A stretch of 64,000 nucleotides of DNA from Obrimoposthia wandeli (lineage: Eukaryota). Each line of letters opens with the position of its first letter. Positions within the stretch are counted from its first letter, which is position 1. Shown here piece after piece: positions 25,901-40,900 of this stretch. The notes below the pieces were generated by a model. The model was not told where the DNA came from. It saw only the letters and a program-made list of their open reading frames with translations, and did not search any database. The position numbers and the translations under genes are program-made. The stretch is from the NCBI GenBank assembly GCA_977020255.1, contig CDROCS010005195.1, forward strand, positions 62,001 through 126,000, given 5' to 3'.

Positions 25901-28900
25901 TGCACTGTTCTAAATATACTTATCTTCAGTTTACTATTTCAGTCAATTATTTTGGCTAATTATAATCGTTTCAATTATACGGTTCGATTAGTAAATACAA
26001 AGCGCTCTAAATGGTTAATCTTCTAACTGTAATTAAAAAAATATAAAAATGCTGAATTAAAATTTTTATAAAATATCATTTTACTTCTAATTATAGTTTA
26101 TATTTCTTAACATATTTAAATTGATTATTAAATTATTAAATATTAGTCGATTAATAACATTAAGACATTTTTAATTTTGATGTATTGAATTGTTTAGAAT
26201 CTATATATATTTTAAAATTCCGAAAAAAATTATTTTGAGAGAGATTTCAAATTAATGATTTACACAAAAATAGAAACAGTCGAGTTTTTATAGCTGTCAT
26301 GCTTTGCCGCAGTAGATGGGTCATCCGGAATTGTTTGTATGGACAATCTATGAAATTAAGAGGAAGAAAAACAACAAGTGCTTGAAAAATTTTAGAGCTT
26401 CATTTTTTCGAAAGAAACCATTGGTTTCAGTTAGATAATTCACGACCCCATGTCTCAAAGTTAATTAAAGATTGATAAAGATTGTCAATATATACAGATT
26501 AAAAAATATTCGAAAACGTATGGGGAATACTCGTAAGACATTTTTACTCCAAAAGTGTTCCCTATAATTTGATAACCAACGTGAAAGCAGTTATATTCAA
26601 TGAAAATAAAAGAAACCGATGCAGAGAAAATAAATGACATATAAAACCGTTGTTGTGATATTTTGTGTTTTGAAAGCAGTTTGTTAAATAAATTAGGAGT
26701 CTCAGTTTTTCTTTCAGCTGAAGATATAATTCACTAAAAATGTCATATTTAAAAAATATATTTATTTCATAAATCTTTATACACCCTACATCAGGGTGTC
26801 TTAACCTGTGAGGCACACCTCCCAATGGTGGTCTGGAACGAGTCCAGGGGAGGTGGGAGATGCCGCTAAAATTTCTGTAGAATTTTTTAAAAAAATATAA
26901 AATATTTTAAAAATTTGAATATAATTATTTTTATTTATTTTCGCAATAATTTCATTAAAACATTTAAGCGGCTATACGTTTTTAAAAATAAGATTTGAAA
27001 TTTTTTATTTTTAAACTTTGTTTAACACAAAACAAAACCCTGAAAATTTCAAATGTTTTTTATTTGAATAAATTTTATATTTTGTTATGTTTTTGATGTA
27101 CTGAGCTTATACAATTTTTTTATATCGATATGGTTTGGAGGTATGACTATTAATGTCGGTCTCAAAGGAGGTTAAGAACCCCTGCCCTACATAGTTGACA
27201 AAATATAATAATTACCATCATAGGCCTGATTATAATTTCAAAATAATGATGTCTCATAGATATCAAGTATACTATATTCAAATACGTATGCACTTATTTA
27301 TTTTTGTTTATTCTAAAATTAGCAACGAATGCAACCTCCGTTTTAATTGAACTAAAGTTACAAAATCGATGAACAATTATTGAGAAACGGAATTTAAATG
27401 TAATCTTTTTATTTTATCCATTTTGTTCATATCTTTGTCAAAATTTGCTCAATCCTAAACTGAAATAAAAAAACGTTTTCTCTGTGAAATGGAAATTACT
27501 CTCCCAACCTTGGCTATGGTTATTGCAGATTCGTAGATCTCGTGGATGGGGGTCTTGTCGAAGTCGATGATATTGATGGAGATCTGTGCCACATTGAGCT
27601 CGTCGGAGAACCAGCCAGCACACTGGATATCTTCCTTTTTGGAGTTCTGAAATTGCGGTTTCAGCGCTCATTAAGCACAAAGTTAGAAACATGATTCATC
27701 CCGCCAAATTAAGATACCTACTGAGGAATCCCTACTCATACTCGAATTTTCTGGTCAATTTTCATTTTGTCATATTTGAGGTTACATTAGGTATTTGAAC
27801 ATCTTGGTTCCAAACCTGCAATCACTTTTTCTCTTATACGTTAAGATTGTTATATAAAATATGTTATTAACACATAACAAACGTTACACGAATAAATATT
27901 TTATTATATTTCGATAATTAATACACTAAAAATCAGTGAAACGGTTAATTTTTTATTAATTGCTCAAATGTTTGATTTGAATTCTGTTTGTACTGCATAC
28001 AAGATCCTTTTTGAAGAAACCAACAAAACGTTTCCTGCACACCACAGTTTTTGGTATCGTTGCTTCATTGTCTTCCACCGCGTTCTTCAGTCATATCACC
28101 CAAGTCGTCTGAAAACAATCCCAAATGATAATGGAGAAAATGTATTTTCAACGACATCTGTTTCTCAAGGCATTGTAATTTTTCTGAAGATCCTTTACAA
28201 TTTTAATGAAGTTAGCTTGTTTACTATTAGCTAAAAATGGTCACCACCAATTTAATTTATCGCCATGCAGATAGCTCCAGCTCATTCAAATTGTTGTCAT
28301 TGATGATTTTCCTCATCTGTGAGTCATTGAAACTCTTTCGAGAACTTTCGATGCCGATATTGGATACCAGACCAATCCTTTTTAAAGGAATTCCCACAAT
28401 TTTTCATTAAACCCCATTCAATGTGAAGATGAGACCAGATGTGTTTAGCTGGGTTCACTAAGGATACACACAGGATGTTTTTATCATTGAGTTGAGGCTG
28501 AGTAATAAATTGAGAAGCTGATGATGATTTACCAGATGGGGGTGGTACACAAGCTGTGCCACCACATTGAACAGAGTCGCTGTCAGCAGGTTTTTAGGCA
28601 GTACATGTAAATAGGTTGGAAAATTGTGATGTATAAGTTAAATATTAATAGCAGATTCATTTTCAGTATCATCAAATAAGTATAGGAACTTGCATTTCTT
28701 CTTAGAAGCAAAACTATTGTTGGTCAGTTTAATTTATGCTGTAACAATTTTTTCAAATATTTTGATTTCTAAAATCTGAGAATTACACATTTGGACAGAT
28801 AACGGTTGGCTTGTAGAATTTGACGGGTTGACACTATTAATGTCAGTTTAACAGGTGAACAAAGCGAAGGTCCAACCAGTTGTTGATTTTATAGAGTTAA

Positions 28901-31900
28901 ATAAACACATGTCAAATCATTCAGGGGATAGTCCAGTGTGTCATGAAACCATTAGGGAGTGAATGAAAATGGGCGATAATTTGACACTTTTAGATTTAAA
29001 GTCAACCTATTTATAAATCTTTGTGTAAATATCAAATAGTAAGATACTGTGGGAAGAATTATGCGTTTACTCAGTTAGATTTCAGTTTAATTTGTGCACC
29101 GCAAATTAGGACTAAAATATTGAAGAAAGTTTTATATTTGGATCACACAATAAATGAAGCAACATATTGTTATATAGACGACATTGTTGTTGACACAAGT
29201 AAAGCAAGTGTAGATACAGTCAAGAAACACCTATTAAAATATGGACTGGTCTCAAAAGATCTTGAACCAATCGATGGGGCAAGAGTTATTGGATTGCGTC
29301 TACAAACCTAGTAAACGGTTTCCTCAAGAGACAACAAAGTCGATAAACCAAACTGGGACTTGCCAATAACTCGTAGGAAGCTTTTCTATATGTGGTCAAA
29401 TGGTTGGACAATTGTGGGTAGTTGGTTAAGATTGGCTACATCAAGAGAAAAGCAGAAGAGTGACATGAGAAGATGAGATTGGTGATGTAACAAATAATAT
29501 GTTAAGCTTTGTGTTACACAAGGTCAAAACGGAAGATACGGTAAAATGCAAATGGTAAAGTTAGTAAGTACGAGTAAAAAGGGTCGTGTGTGGTGTGATG
29601 CAAGTAATATCGCGTTAGGTGCTTGTGTTAAATCGACAATGAAGTAGTAAAAGATCTGTCACATCTTAGGAAGAAGACAGATTACGGACACATCAATGTT
29701 GCTGAGCTTGCGGCTGTGGTCAAGGGCCTCACACTGGGAGTTTCACGGGATTTGAATAATATTGAGATCATGGCAGACTCACAAACGGTCTATTGATGGA
29801 TTTCGACATCATTGACTGGAGAAAGTAAAATCCAGACTCGAGGTAGTTCAGAATTGCTAATAAAAAACCTTTCAGTTGTGCGTATCGCCCTCAGAGAAAT
29901 GGGATAGTAGAGCGAAACCATAGAACAATCAAAAGAATGATGGTGCGAACAAATAGAAGCCCAATTGAAATGGTTTACTTTTATAACATCACTCCAAAAC
30001 TAAAGCAAGATAATGCTATAGTTCCAGCAACACTACACTGTAAACGAGTATGAATCAAGAGAACGGGGTCTCCTCAAGATCATGATCAAGAGATCGAAGC
30101 CTCTCAGTACAGCCCTGGCGACCAAGTCTACGTCGAGCCAACGGATGGAAGGTGCACAAGTCGGTGACAGATAGAAACAGTGATGACATCTCGCATCATG
30201 TCTCCCATATAAGGCCAACTGCGACAGAGGTTATTGAAGAAACGAACGAGAATTATAATATCATGACCCCATGAGACGAGCAAGTAGTAGACGCAGACGG
30301 TCCCACTCTAAGTTCCCGAGAATTGAGAAGTTCAGTGTACCTGTCAGACTATGTGGAATGATGTCATACAACATCACGGGGACCTGTGAATTATTTGTTT
30401 AAATATTCATTATTCATTTATAACAGTTTGAAATGTTGAATACAACTGAAGTCTCAATGATTTTTTGATTTTTACTATAGAACATAAACTTTAAAAATTG
30501 TAAATTCAAAGGAAAAAGATACAATAAAACTTTCGATATAATTTTTTAAAATTTTAAAAATTTAGAAAAATATTCTCAAATTTTAAATTTTAAAATTCAA
30601 ATTAAAGGGGTTTTACGGTAATATAAATTAAAACAAAATACATTCATAATTTCTTCTAACTTTCATAATGTTGTACTCTAAGGATGAGAAATTGGAATGA
30701 AATTAAATAGAAGTGCAAGGCATATTGAGAAACAAAAATGGGAGAAAAACAATTATTAGACAAAGGCTACTAGAAGATTAATTAACTACGCTTGAAAATA
30801 TCATATAGTAGTTAAACAGTTAAACCCAAAGCAATAGATCAACTTTCACACTAAAAAATACTACAGATCATTTGTTTTAGTTTTAATTTGACATGTCCAA
30901 AATGAACGGAAAGTCATGAGAAATAATATAGAGTTTACGGATTAGAAAATATCAACTTGCCAATGCTTATCGATGTAATTGGCATAATTTCAATAAATAG
31001 GCGTAACCAACTTTTAGTTTTGCTCAATAGAAACAATGACATGTTATTCTTCTACGAATGTTATAACCTTGGCTATTTTAATGAGTATGTAAGCCAGTTG
31101 GTCTTAACATTTTCAAAGGAGCCAAACCCTACCTAAACTTAGTTACCACTCACTGCTCCCCTCCGGTAATGTCGTCGATACTTCATCTGAGAGTGGAACG
31201 AGAGAACCTGATGAGTGTCTCACAATCTGAATGTGGTTTTCCCTGTCATGCGACCAAGTATGCAACTTCATATAAAGAAATAAGAAACGATTTGTAAAGC
31301 CAAAATAGTTACTATTTCATCAACTCGGGGTCTCTTTAATTTTACTTCATACAGTCTTGGATCTTTATACTGTTTGCCGTTCAATTTTATGAAGTGTTCC
31401 CGTAGGTGTTCTGGTGCTAGGCTGAATTCGCGCCACTGGATATTGCAAAACATGTATTGAGTACGCTGACTTCTGTCACGATCCGTCAAACATGTGAACA
31501 CGTAAAGTAAATATTTATCTGACCCTTTTTTTACTCGACATACTCATATGTTGCAAATGTGTGTATACCAGAGAAACCATTGCCACGTTGGGTCTTAACG
31601 TAACTCCAACATGAACTGTATCGTGAATAGACAAAATCTCTTTCTGCGTACCATGGACTCGAAACTGAATGAATTTTCATGATCTGAAGTACTTTGTGTT
31701 AGAATATTCAAAGGGACAAAAAATCCTTGTTAGTATTTACTGAAATTCAAAAAAGAATTCAGCAATTCAACGTCAAATCGAATATTTACAAAGTAAACTG
31801 TAGTAAGGAATCCTTTTCATACCCTGTTAATTAAAAAATTGAAGTTAATTTTACACTGTATTATTTTCCCGAAGATGGTAAAACTAGTCTAGAAGAGAGT

Positions 31901-34900
31901 CAATTGAAAGATGCTTTTAAAAAATAAAACTGTAATAAAGTTGGAACAATTTCGACTCAAATTTTCAATAGAAACTGATATTTTAAAATGTAAAATAAAC
32001 ATTCAAACACAAGGTCCAGGTTGAAAATTACGGTTCAAGATGCTTAATATTGCATTAAAATGAGCTTTAATTGATAATGAGATAAAGAGATAAAGTTTCA
32101 TACGAGAGAGTTAATATATTTAAACAAAGAGTTGCATTAATTCAGCTCACCAAGCTTATTATCTATTTTTTAAATTTGTTTACTTATCGACAGATTCCAG
32201 TGACAACAATACAACTTCGGGAACAATGCCCGTAACCATAGTGACGCCCATAATTCACCATCTCCCTATAGCCTCATAATGGGAATATTAATAATTCTAC
32301 ACTAGCAATCTCCAATGTCTCCGTCAATATCGAAATTCTTAGGTCATATTTTAATGCTGATATACAGTAATCATTCACTACATTACACATTTTAGATAAT
32401 TTCTCACGAGCATTTACACACAAGTCGTTTTCTCAATTTAGTTAACATTTTAATTCGAAATTCTTCTTTTTCTAAATCCCTTTTTATTTTATCAAATACT
32501 ACAACAGTTTTATAATAAGTATTGGACATGGATTAAGCTGAATTTTCTGATTGTGAAAATGACTTTGACAAACAACGTAATAGTTCATTGAAGAAGAACA
32601 ATACGATTACGTTAGTAAAGGATATGGTGTTGAGTTTGAGGCTAGTGATTTGTTGAGACGATGTCAAAACAAGTCTAAGTGGAAATGGAGGTAGTGTGAT
32701 GCGTGTTATTTTTAATATAAAGTTGATGAAAAATTTGTGTTATTTTCAAGATGCATTTAAAAATTTTATTTTGTACCCATTCTTCCAAATCTTAGATTTG
32801 AATATTTTTTAATAATTCAGTAAAATGTCGATATTGAAGATAGATACTGAATGGATTATTACTGATACAGATTCTGAAATGCGGCTGCCTAGAGAACCTT
32901 TGTTGATAAGTCAGCGTCAGTTAAAGACCTAGTAAAGATTAATATCTTTCTAGACGGCAAATTGAAATACTTGGCTCACGCTTGCAACAATGAAATATTT
33001 GAAGTAAATACATGCATTTCATGTTTTGCAACAGATTGTACCAATAATCAATTGTCAAATCGTTATTTGGTGTATAAAAATTCGTTTTTGACCATGTCGA
33101 TATCTCAAATCGTAATGAGATGGAATTGTTTAATAACATTAGGCTAGAAATATGCTATTTCATTAAAATAAAAGTCATCATGTGTTATGTAATGTCATAA
33201 GCATATCCAAATACCTCGAAATAGTACAATTAATTTACATAAACTTTAAGAAACTGAGAAATATGGAAAATAAGTTATATGAAGTGTGAAGAGTTCATTC
33301 AGTGCTTCTTAGTATGCATTGTGGCCAGTAACTGGTGCAATAGTAAATTACTACATGTTATATAATTCACTAATCTTCACCCATTTCACAATGGATATTA
33401 TCCTAACAGATGAGTAGGGAAGTTCGGCTCCATCAGACGATTATCATTAACGTCATATGTCAATACGTTTTGGGTCATCACAAAGAAAAGCGTACTGACT
33501 GTAAAGCTGCATTCAAATCAGGATTGAAATATACAGTTTTTGAATATGAAAACATTTTGATAACCCAACCTTTCACTGAGGTGGGAGGGTTCAAATTAAC
33601 TCAAACAATTAGTACACTAAATGTTTATTTTTAATCAGCCTAATATAATTTCATTTTCTGTACGGTATCTAAAGAAATAGATTGGTGTTTTTTCCAACTA
33701 CACCTTAACTCGCAGTGGTAGACGAAAGAAGTCCTTCCACGACTAGATATCTCACTAATGTGTTGGAACCTTACAGTGACGCTGCGATCAGAGTACAACT
33801 TATGAGACTGTTCAGATTTACATTCAGATGTCGTTGCTTGTAAACAGTAAGGTTACAGCGAAGTATCGATTGATAAATTTCGATTTTGATGAGATGCAGA
33901 TGGTTACTTTTGCACATTGACAAAATTCCGCGTTCTATAAATCCATTAAGTATGCAAACCAACTTTCAGAATTCGAAATTTGTCCTCAAATCGAGATAAT
34001 AGGTTTAGTGAAGTTAAATGATTGAAATATATACACGTATTACTGTACGCACACTTGTATATTTTTAGCCATTAGAGCAGCCAAGAGATTATGAAGGAAG
34101 ATGATAATGATTGTTTGGTGGTATTCTGGGATAAATGGATGTCAGATTATAATTATGCAACCTTTGAATGAACTAAATTGATCAACTCAAGTATTTAATG
34201 AGAATGTTGTAGTGGTCAGAGAATCGTTATCTGGATTTATTGAAAAACATAAATTATAAAAATGTCGTGTTGAAAATGACAATTTTCTGTTTACTTGATG
34301 AAAAACATTTGCAAAGTGAGAAAAACTCAATTCCATTCTCAACGCATAAATCTAAATAAATCTAAATTCAACTTCTGTGTATTTTAAATAAAAATGTATT
34401 AAAGAAATAGGATGTGTGAGAAAATATTGTAGAAATCAAAGGTGTACTAGCCTCTGAAAATGCTAAGACCACTGGTTTCATTAGCCATCTGGGACGATAA
34501 AACAAAAATTCGATTGAATATATTTGATTGTAAAAAGGTAAATTCAATTGTTGTGCTACAAATTAAGTATAATGATGTCATAAAAAGTGGAAATATTTGA
34601 AGTGGCACGTGTAGAGAAGTTTTAAAATATATTTTAAATTCATAAAAGGATGAGACGATCATTCTTCTGTTAGATACTGATATTTGAAATGTTAATAATG
34701 TTTCAATAAATGATGTTTACCCTTTGATGTGGTTTTCTATTTGTTTTGCCCATCTATTTTACCATGTTTCTTTCACACATTTTTTAAGTGCTGCAAAAGA
34801 CTTCAATTTGTTAAAAAAACTGAAATGCTTTAACTGTTTAAATTCAGTCAAAAGACAGATAAATAATACGTAGTTTTCAAGCTAAGAATTAACCAAAATT

Positions 34901-37900
34901 AACCAAAAACAAGCCCTCCGTCACATTTAAAATTAAATTTAGTAAGTTTCTACTATAAATTTATATTTCTGCAAAACTTTATTTCTTTCTTAATGTGTAG
35001 CGATCTTAATTAAGAGTACGTATCACTGCACAATGGGATCTAGTAAGGTTAGCAGTTTTCCGTTCTAGTTGTCCTTCTTTTACACAAAAAACAACAGCAT
35101 TCTGTTCAATTTTATAATAAATATCTAAAATGCTATGAGCTGTAGAAGTTAAGGTCACTTTGATTTTCAATTTTTTTGCATTATAATAACTTAAATAAAA
35201 TTCAAAGGCAACAAAATGTTAATTCATAACTCGGCTATCAATATGTACCCGTTAATTAAAATTTTGAACTGACATATCCATATATAAGATAAAACAAATG
35301 GTAAAATATACTAATTAAAAGCATCACCCTGTGCACACACGAAACCACCTCAGTCAAAGTCACCCATGGCAGCATCACAAGTCCAGAATATTTTCATCCA
35401 AATTTCCCAGTTTGAGGATTATGTTCTGACGTAAACTCACAAGCCCATACAATTCTAGTAGTTGTCTAAGAAGGCGGAGCTGACTTTAAAATACATAAAA
35501 TGGGAATTTAAATAGGTCCAACTAAGTTTGATAAAGACATTTCATCCTACACTCCATTTCAACCTTTTCATAGGAATTGTTGAAATTGAATGAAAGTGAC
35601 AGACAACCCTTTTCTATCAGTATCAACCATATAAATCATAATTAAATGAATGCCTCCTGGGTCATTAAAAGACAACCCAATATTTCTCGAGATCGATTAG
35701 GAAGACAGCCCCTGTGTCAATAAACTATAACTATTGCGCATCCTCAGATATGACATTCGTTGAATTTACAGACCTACTTTATTCTAAGCTTGTACAAACT
35801 TTATATTGTATAACTAATATTTGATTGGAAGAAAATATTGTAGATACTTTGAGTTATTTGAACTCTGTGTCATTTGGGAAATACTTCTAAATTCCTAATA
35901 TTTAGCAGACCTATTTGAATACAGCTGACTCTTTTAGATTTTTTTGTATATTAGAAAGAATTTAAATAAGTAAATTTTATGTTTTCAAATGTAAGCTTTA
36001 ATTTTTTTAGACCATTATTTAGTCATCTTTTTACTTTTAGAACCATAAAATGTCATCAAGAAAACGTAAAATAAGTTTATGTTTTTAAAGCAATTTTAGA
36101 AGGTAATTTGAAACTTTTTAACCGATGGCTTTTATTTATGAATATTTTAACAATATTGATTATAAAGATAAAAAACTTTTACAATAAGCCGATGCAAAAA
36201 AAGAAGTTAAAGGAAAATACTCTGATTTATGACAGAAAAAATAAATTTAAATTACAAAACATAAATTCATTGTAATATTTTATAAAGACATTCAAATTAG
36301 TGAGTTAACAAATAACAACAAAAAATATGAAAATTAAAAACATTATTAAAAAAGTATAACAAAAGAAGAATTTTTAAGATACTGTTTTATAATTTCTTAC
36401 GAATTTGCATTCGTACCTTTTGAAAATTAAAACTGTTGATCGTTAATTTGCCAAAGTCAGGTTGAACAACAGCGAATTAAAATATTAACGCTGTCGGAAG
36501 GAATACCCACCTCATCCATGATGTTGTAGATATCTTCTAGACGATTTCCAATGTGGACGGCTTGTTCACGCGTGCCCAACAAATTGATGTTGAAATATAC
36601 GAGGAATTTTCTAGCACCAACAAGTGTAGCTCCCCACTGAGGCACAAATTCAGCAACTCCAAAATCGGGTTTGAGATCCTCCTTCAGAATCTGTAATGGA
36701 AAAGATGGATGATGAATGGATGATGGATGGATGATGGATGGATGAAATATGGATTTTTTTAAAAATAACCTTGTCTTTCATTTCTTCATATTCGGTGGAG
36801 AAAAGATCTTCGATCATGTTCTTCCTATCATCGTCTGTCACACTCTCGCCATAGATGTACACTGGAAAGACAAAATGTGTTAAAAGATACTTCAATTTTT
36901 AGAAACGTTTAGAACTAATTTTTACTTGAAATTTTTTAATTCATTTTATCGAAATTGTTTCAAATTCGTTTTACATAACACATAACATAATATAACGCTG
37001 ATTTCTTAATAATTGCAAGAATTATTTTTCAAAGACACTTTAAATCAGAAATTTAAGCAGTTTCTAAACAGGAATTTCTTGACGTATTATTTCAATTGTA
37101 TGACTCATTTCACTGCTAACGGTAAATTATAAAGCTGGCATGTGTCATTGGAATAATGAGTTTATTTGCACAAGAACTTGCACTCCAGTTAGAAATTTAA
37201 ATTTAAAGTCTACAATATATGATTAAAAAGTTATTTAACTTAATTATTATAAAGAATTATTATAAAGAATTAATTAATTCAGAAATAAAGAAATGGCTAG
37301 CTGTTGTAATATTAAAAGTATGAATATGTATTCAAATTATAAGCACAAACAATGAAAGTTTTCTCGATTTAATGTTATGTTTACTGTTCCAATTTTATTG
37401 ATTCGAAAATATAAATATAATTTTGAATGTAATTTTAAGCGTTAAAAATAAAATATTTTATTTTCATGTCATTTATTTCATTTAACTAACACTAATATTT
37501 AATAAATTCAAAAACACTTCCTGTTTTACTTTATTCTTCGTAATATTTGCTAAATAGTAAAGTCTTCAGCTGCCTCTTGAATTTTTCAACATTAATACAG
37601 TTTTTTTATGTTTATCAATAAATTATTGTAAAGATTCTTAGCATAAATTTCAAATACTCCATCGCTTTGTTTATGATTTGTAAATTACTTAACCAATCTG
37701 CAGTCATCATCGTTGCTCCTAGGATGTATGATCACTGCTAGAGTAGAGGATCATATAACTATTTGGGCTTTGTGAGAGAATATATATTTTTTTATAATAA
37801 GTAGGATTTTAAATTTAATTCTAGCATTGATTGGTTTGTAATTGAGACTTCATTATATCTACACTAGAACAAGCACTTTTCTTTAATTCGAATATAATTC

Positions 37901-40900
37901 TGACGGCTTTGTTTCAAATATCTACATTTTTTTGAGAATTTTAAAGAAAATAATGTTAGTTTATAAAATAAATTATGCAAGTTAAACTATTTAAATCAAT
38001 ATATATATATAAGTAAAAGATCATTGAAATGTTGTATTTTTTCGTTTTAAATCGAATGTTTTAATTTCATATTAAAACAAATTATATATAAAAAATTGTG
38101 TTGAAAAAATATTTATATATAATTATTGAACAATTATACTGTATCGTTAGGTGCTTACACCATTCAGAAGTTTCTTACTTATTAAAATGTTAAAATGTAG
38201 AAAAGTTATAATTAATAAACCGGAAAAATATATAAATTATTTAATTAGAACGGAATACAATATGAAACATGTAAATGAAACCTTTCTAGCGACTTAAAAG
38301 TAATATTATTGAAATGGTTTTCAAGTTTGGCTTACTCCATATGTTGCAAACATGTATTTCAATTTTCATATGAACCATACATGATTGAGAATTCTATTCA
38401 CAGACTGGGAATGACCGTAAAATATCCTTCAGAAAACCGTATTTCTTTCCAAGGGTAATTATAAGTTAAATTTTGTTTGTCAGTGTTATGATACATAAAC
38501 TAAATTAATTTCAAAATATTTTAATTAATCGAAAATTCTAGTTGTCACTTTTGCTGCCCTAGAAACAGGACTTCAGTCCTAAACCGAATATCTAGTGTCT
38601 AGCTAATTTTCCCTTGCTTGCGAAATCAGAAACCGTGAAGCGCTTTCTCATCCGTTTTTCCGGCCATTTCCGTATTTGCTTTGCAAATCTTAGAAATTTT
38701 CCCAAATTATCTCCATATCACTTTTCTGAAACCCGAGCATTGCGATGTCTTATATAATAAGTCACACAAGCATATAGATTAACATATTCTACAACTTGTT
38801 TTATTCACTCTGTTCGTGAGATTTGAATCCTCGATATTGGCATTTTTTGTCAAAGAATGTTACTTGAAGAAATTGCAAATCAATCAAAATAGAGCTGCTC
38901 GATTAATATTTAAAATTAATATAAACATATTCATGCGACTAAACATTTAATAGGAATCTGAAAGAATTTCCCAGCTCCAATTGTGTAGTCACTATCTTAT
39001 TTCCCACTATAAATAATTTCAGGCTACATTGAATTACACAGGCTCGAAGGATTTTCCGTCTCACTAATGCCAAGAGGTCGTAGCACTATTTTAGTTATAG
39101 ACTATCTAATTTACTAATATGGAGATTTTTCTTATTTTTTGGTTATCTACGTCATTAAAAACATTGTTGAAAAACAAATTCTCTGAATCTATTCTATATT
39201 GTGACTTAACATGTGACTTAGCTCAGTGATAATCTTACTCTTCTCTGTGGAAAAAATCATCTGGGCCCAGCATGTGGAAATGCAAGACCTTGACACTAGG
39301 GAATAGCTGAACATTATTACTTTAAATATTCAACTCATGTGTAATCGCGTGACAAATCACTATTCCGAAGATTTAAACCCATGTTTAACCATCTACCCCT
39401 AAAACTACTTTTTTGCCGGTTTAAACATGGGTTTTATACTAGGCTGTTGCAGGACATAAACTATATTCTACTATTATGTGATGATGCGTCCAAGAAGCTT
39501 GTGGGAAAAGAGAAAGGAAACCATGGAAAAGCACAGGTTGAAGATGAGGCATTAAAAGAATTCCCAGTCTTTCGCAAAACGAGAAATTCAAATGTTATGG
39601 AAACGCTCTAATAAATAAATAAACACACACACACATGTAAGGGAACAATTTGATTTATCTATATCTCCGATAATAAAAATTAAATATCGTTTCTGATAAT
39701 TATTTTTTGAAAATATTTTGTAAATATGAATATGATTTGTGATTTTGTATTTTAAAATGTTTCCTTGTTAGTAAAACAAATACATTTTTCTTAGCATCAA
39801 ACTACAGTGTGCGCCATAAATACTGTTACATAATAAAAAGCTCATAACTATGGTTGTTTTGGATATTCCAGCCTCTTGCCATTTTTCTCATTGACCTTCT
39901 CAGATTTCTCCTGAGTTTTTCACGTACACTCTTAGTGAGTTTCCATGTTTTGGTGTGAGAGGACGTCCTGATCTTGGTCTGTCCTTGATCGAGGTCGCTT
40001 CCTTGTACTGATATATAGTTCTTTTAATCAACATTCTGTTGATTGATAGTAGTTTTCCAGACTTAAAGATATCAGGTAGGGACATACAATTTTGATGCTG
40101 CTCGATGATAAATTTCGTCTTTAGTTCTAAGGACATTACTCAATTTCTGATGGTATATTAGATGTTTTAATTGAAATCCCAATCTCAATCATCATTTACC
40201 CGTTTAATGTAGGGCTTCCTTTTCCTTCGGATAACTAAATGATGTTTTTTAGTTATTAATGTTACTTAATTAATTATTGATGTCGAATAATGATATTAAA
40301 TTCTATTCATCCATCAACGTCGTGATCAATACACAGTGTTCATCATGCATGCTAACCTGGTGCGATGACCTCGTCGGCCAGCTGTCGAGCAAAATCCATG
40401 GCAACCTCGATACAGCGTGCCATGTCCTCGTTGTGTAACGGCACGAATGGGCACGCAGATATAACCCCTATGCGAGGCTGATAACCTGGACACAACCATA
40501 GAGGGAATTAAACACAAGAATACATAATTGAGAATGAATTTATTAATTTATAATTCTAAAAATACTGTTTGAAAAAACATTATTTGTGACTAGAGTAGAA
40601 AACAGAAAAGGATAAGATAGCATACATTTATATATAATCAGAATCAAAGGATCACGCATTATATAAAGAAACATTCAAACATTGTTTTACAGGATCTCTG
40701 TGACTGGAAATTGATGTCACAGGAACTCTTCTTAATGCTTCTTAAATAGGAAAGTCTTCACCATTATTTGAAAAATATTTATATTCTTGCAATCTCCTAT
40801 GCATAAACATGGCCAGTTGTTATATAATTTTGAAGCTCTCAGAGTTCTGTGATTTGAACTTTTAATCAATATTAATAAATCCTCAAACCACCTGGTTTCT

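Noticed and set aside
31208-31240. CTGATGAGTGTCTCAC hammerhead-like start
   Set aside because: The GAAA core is missing.
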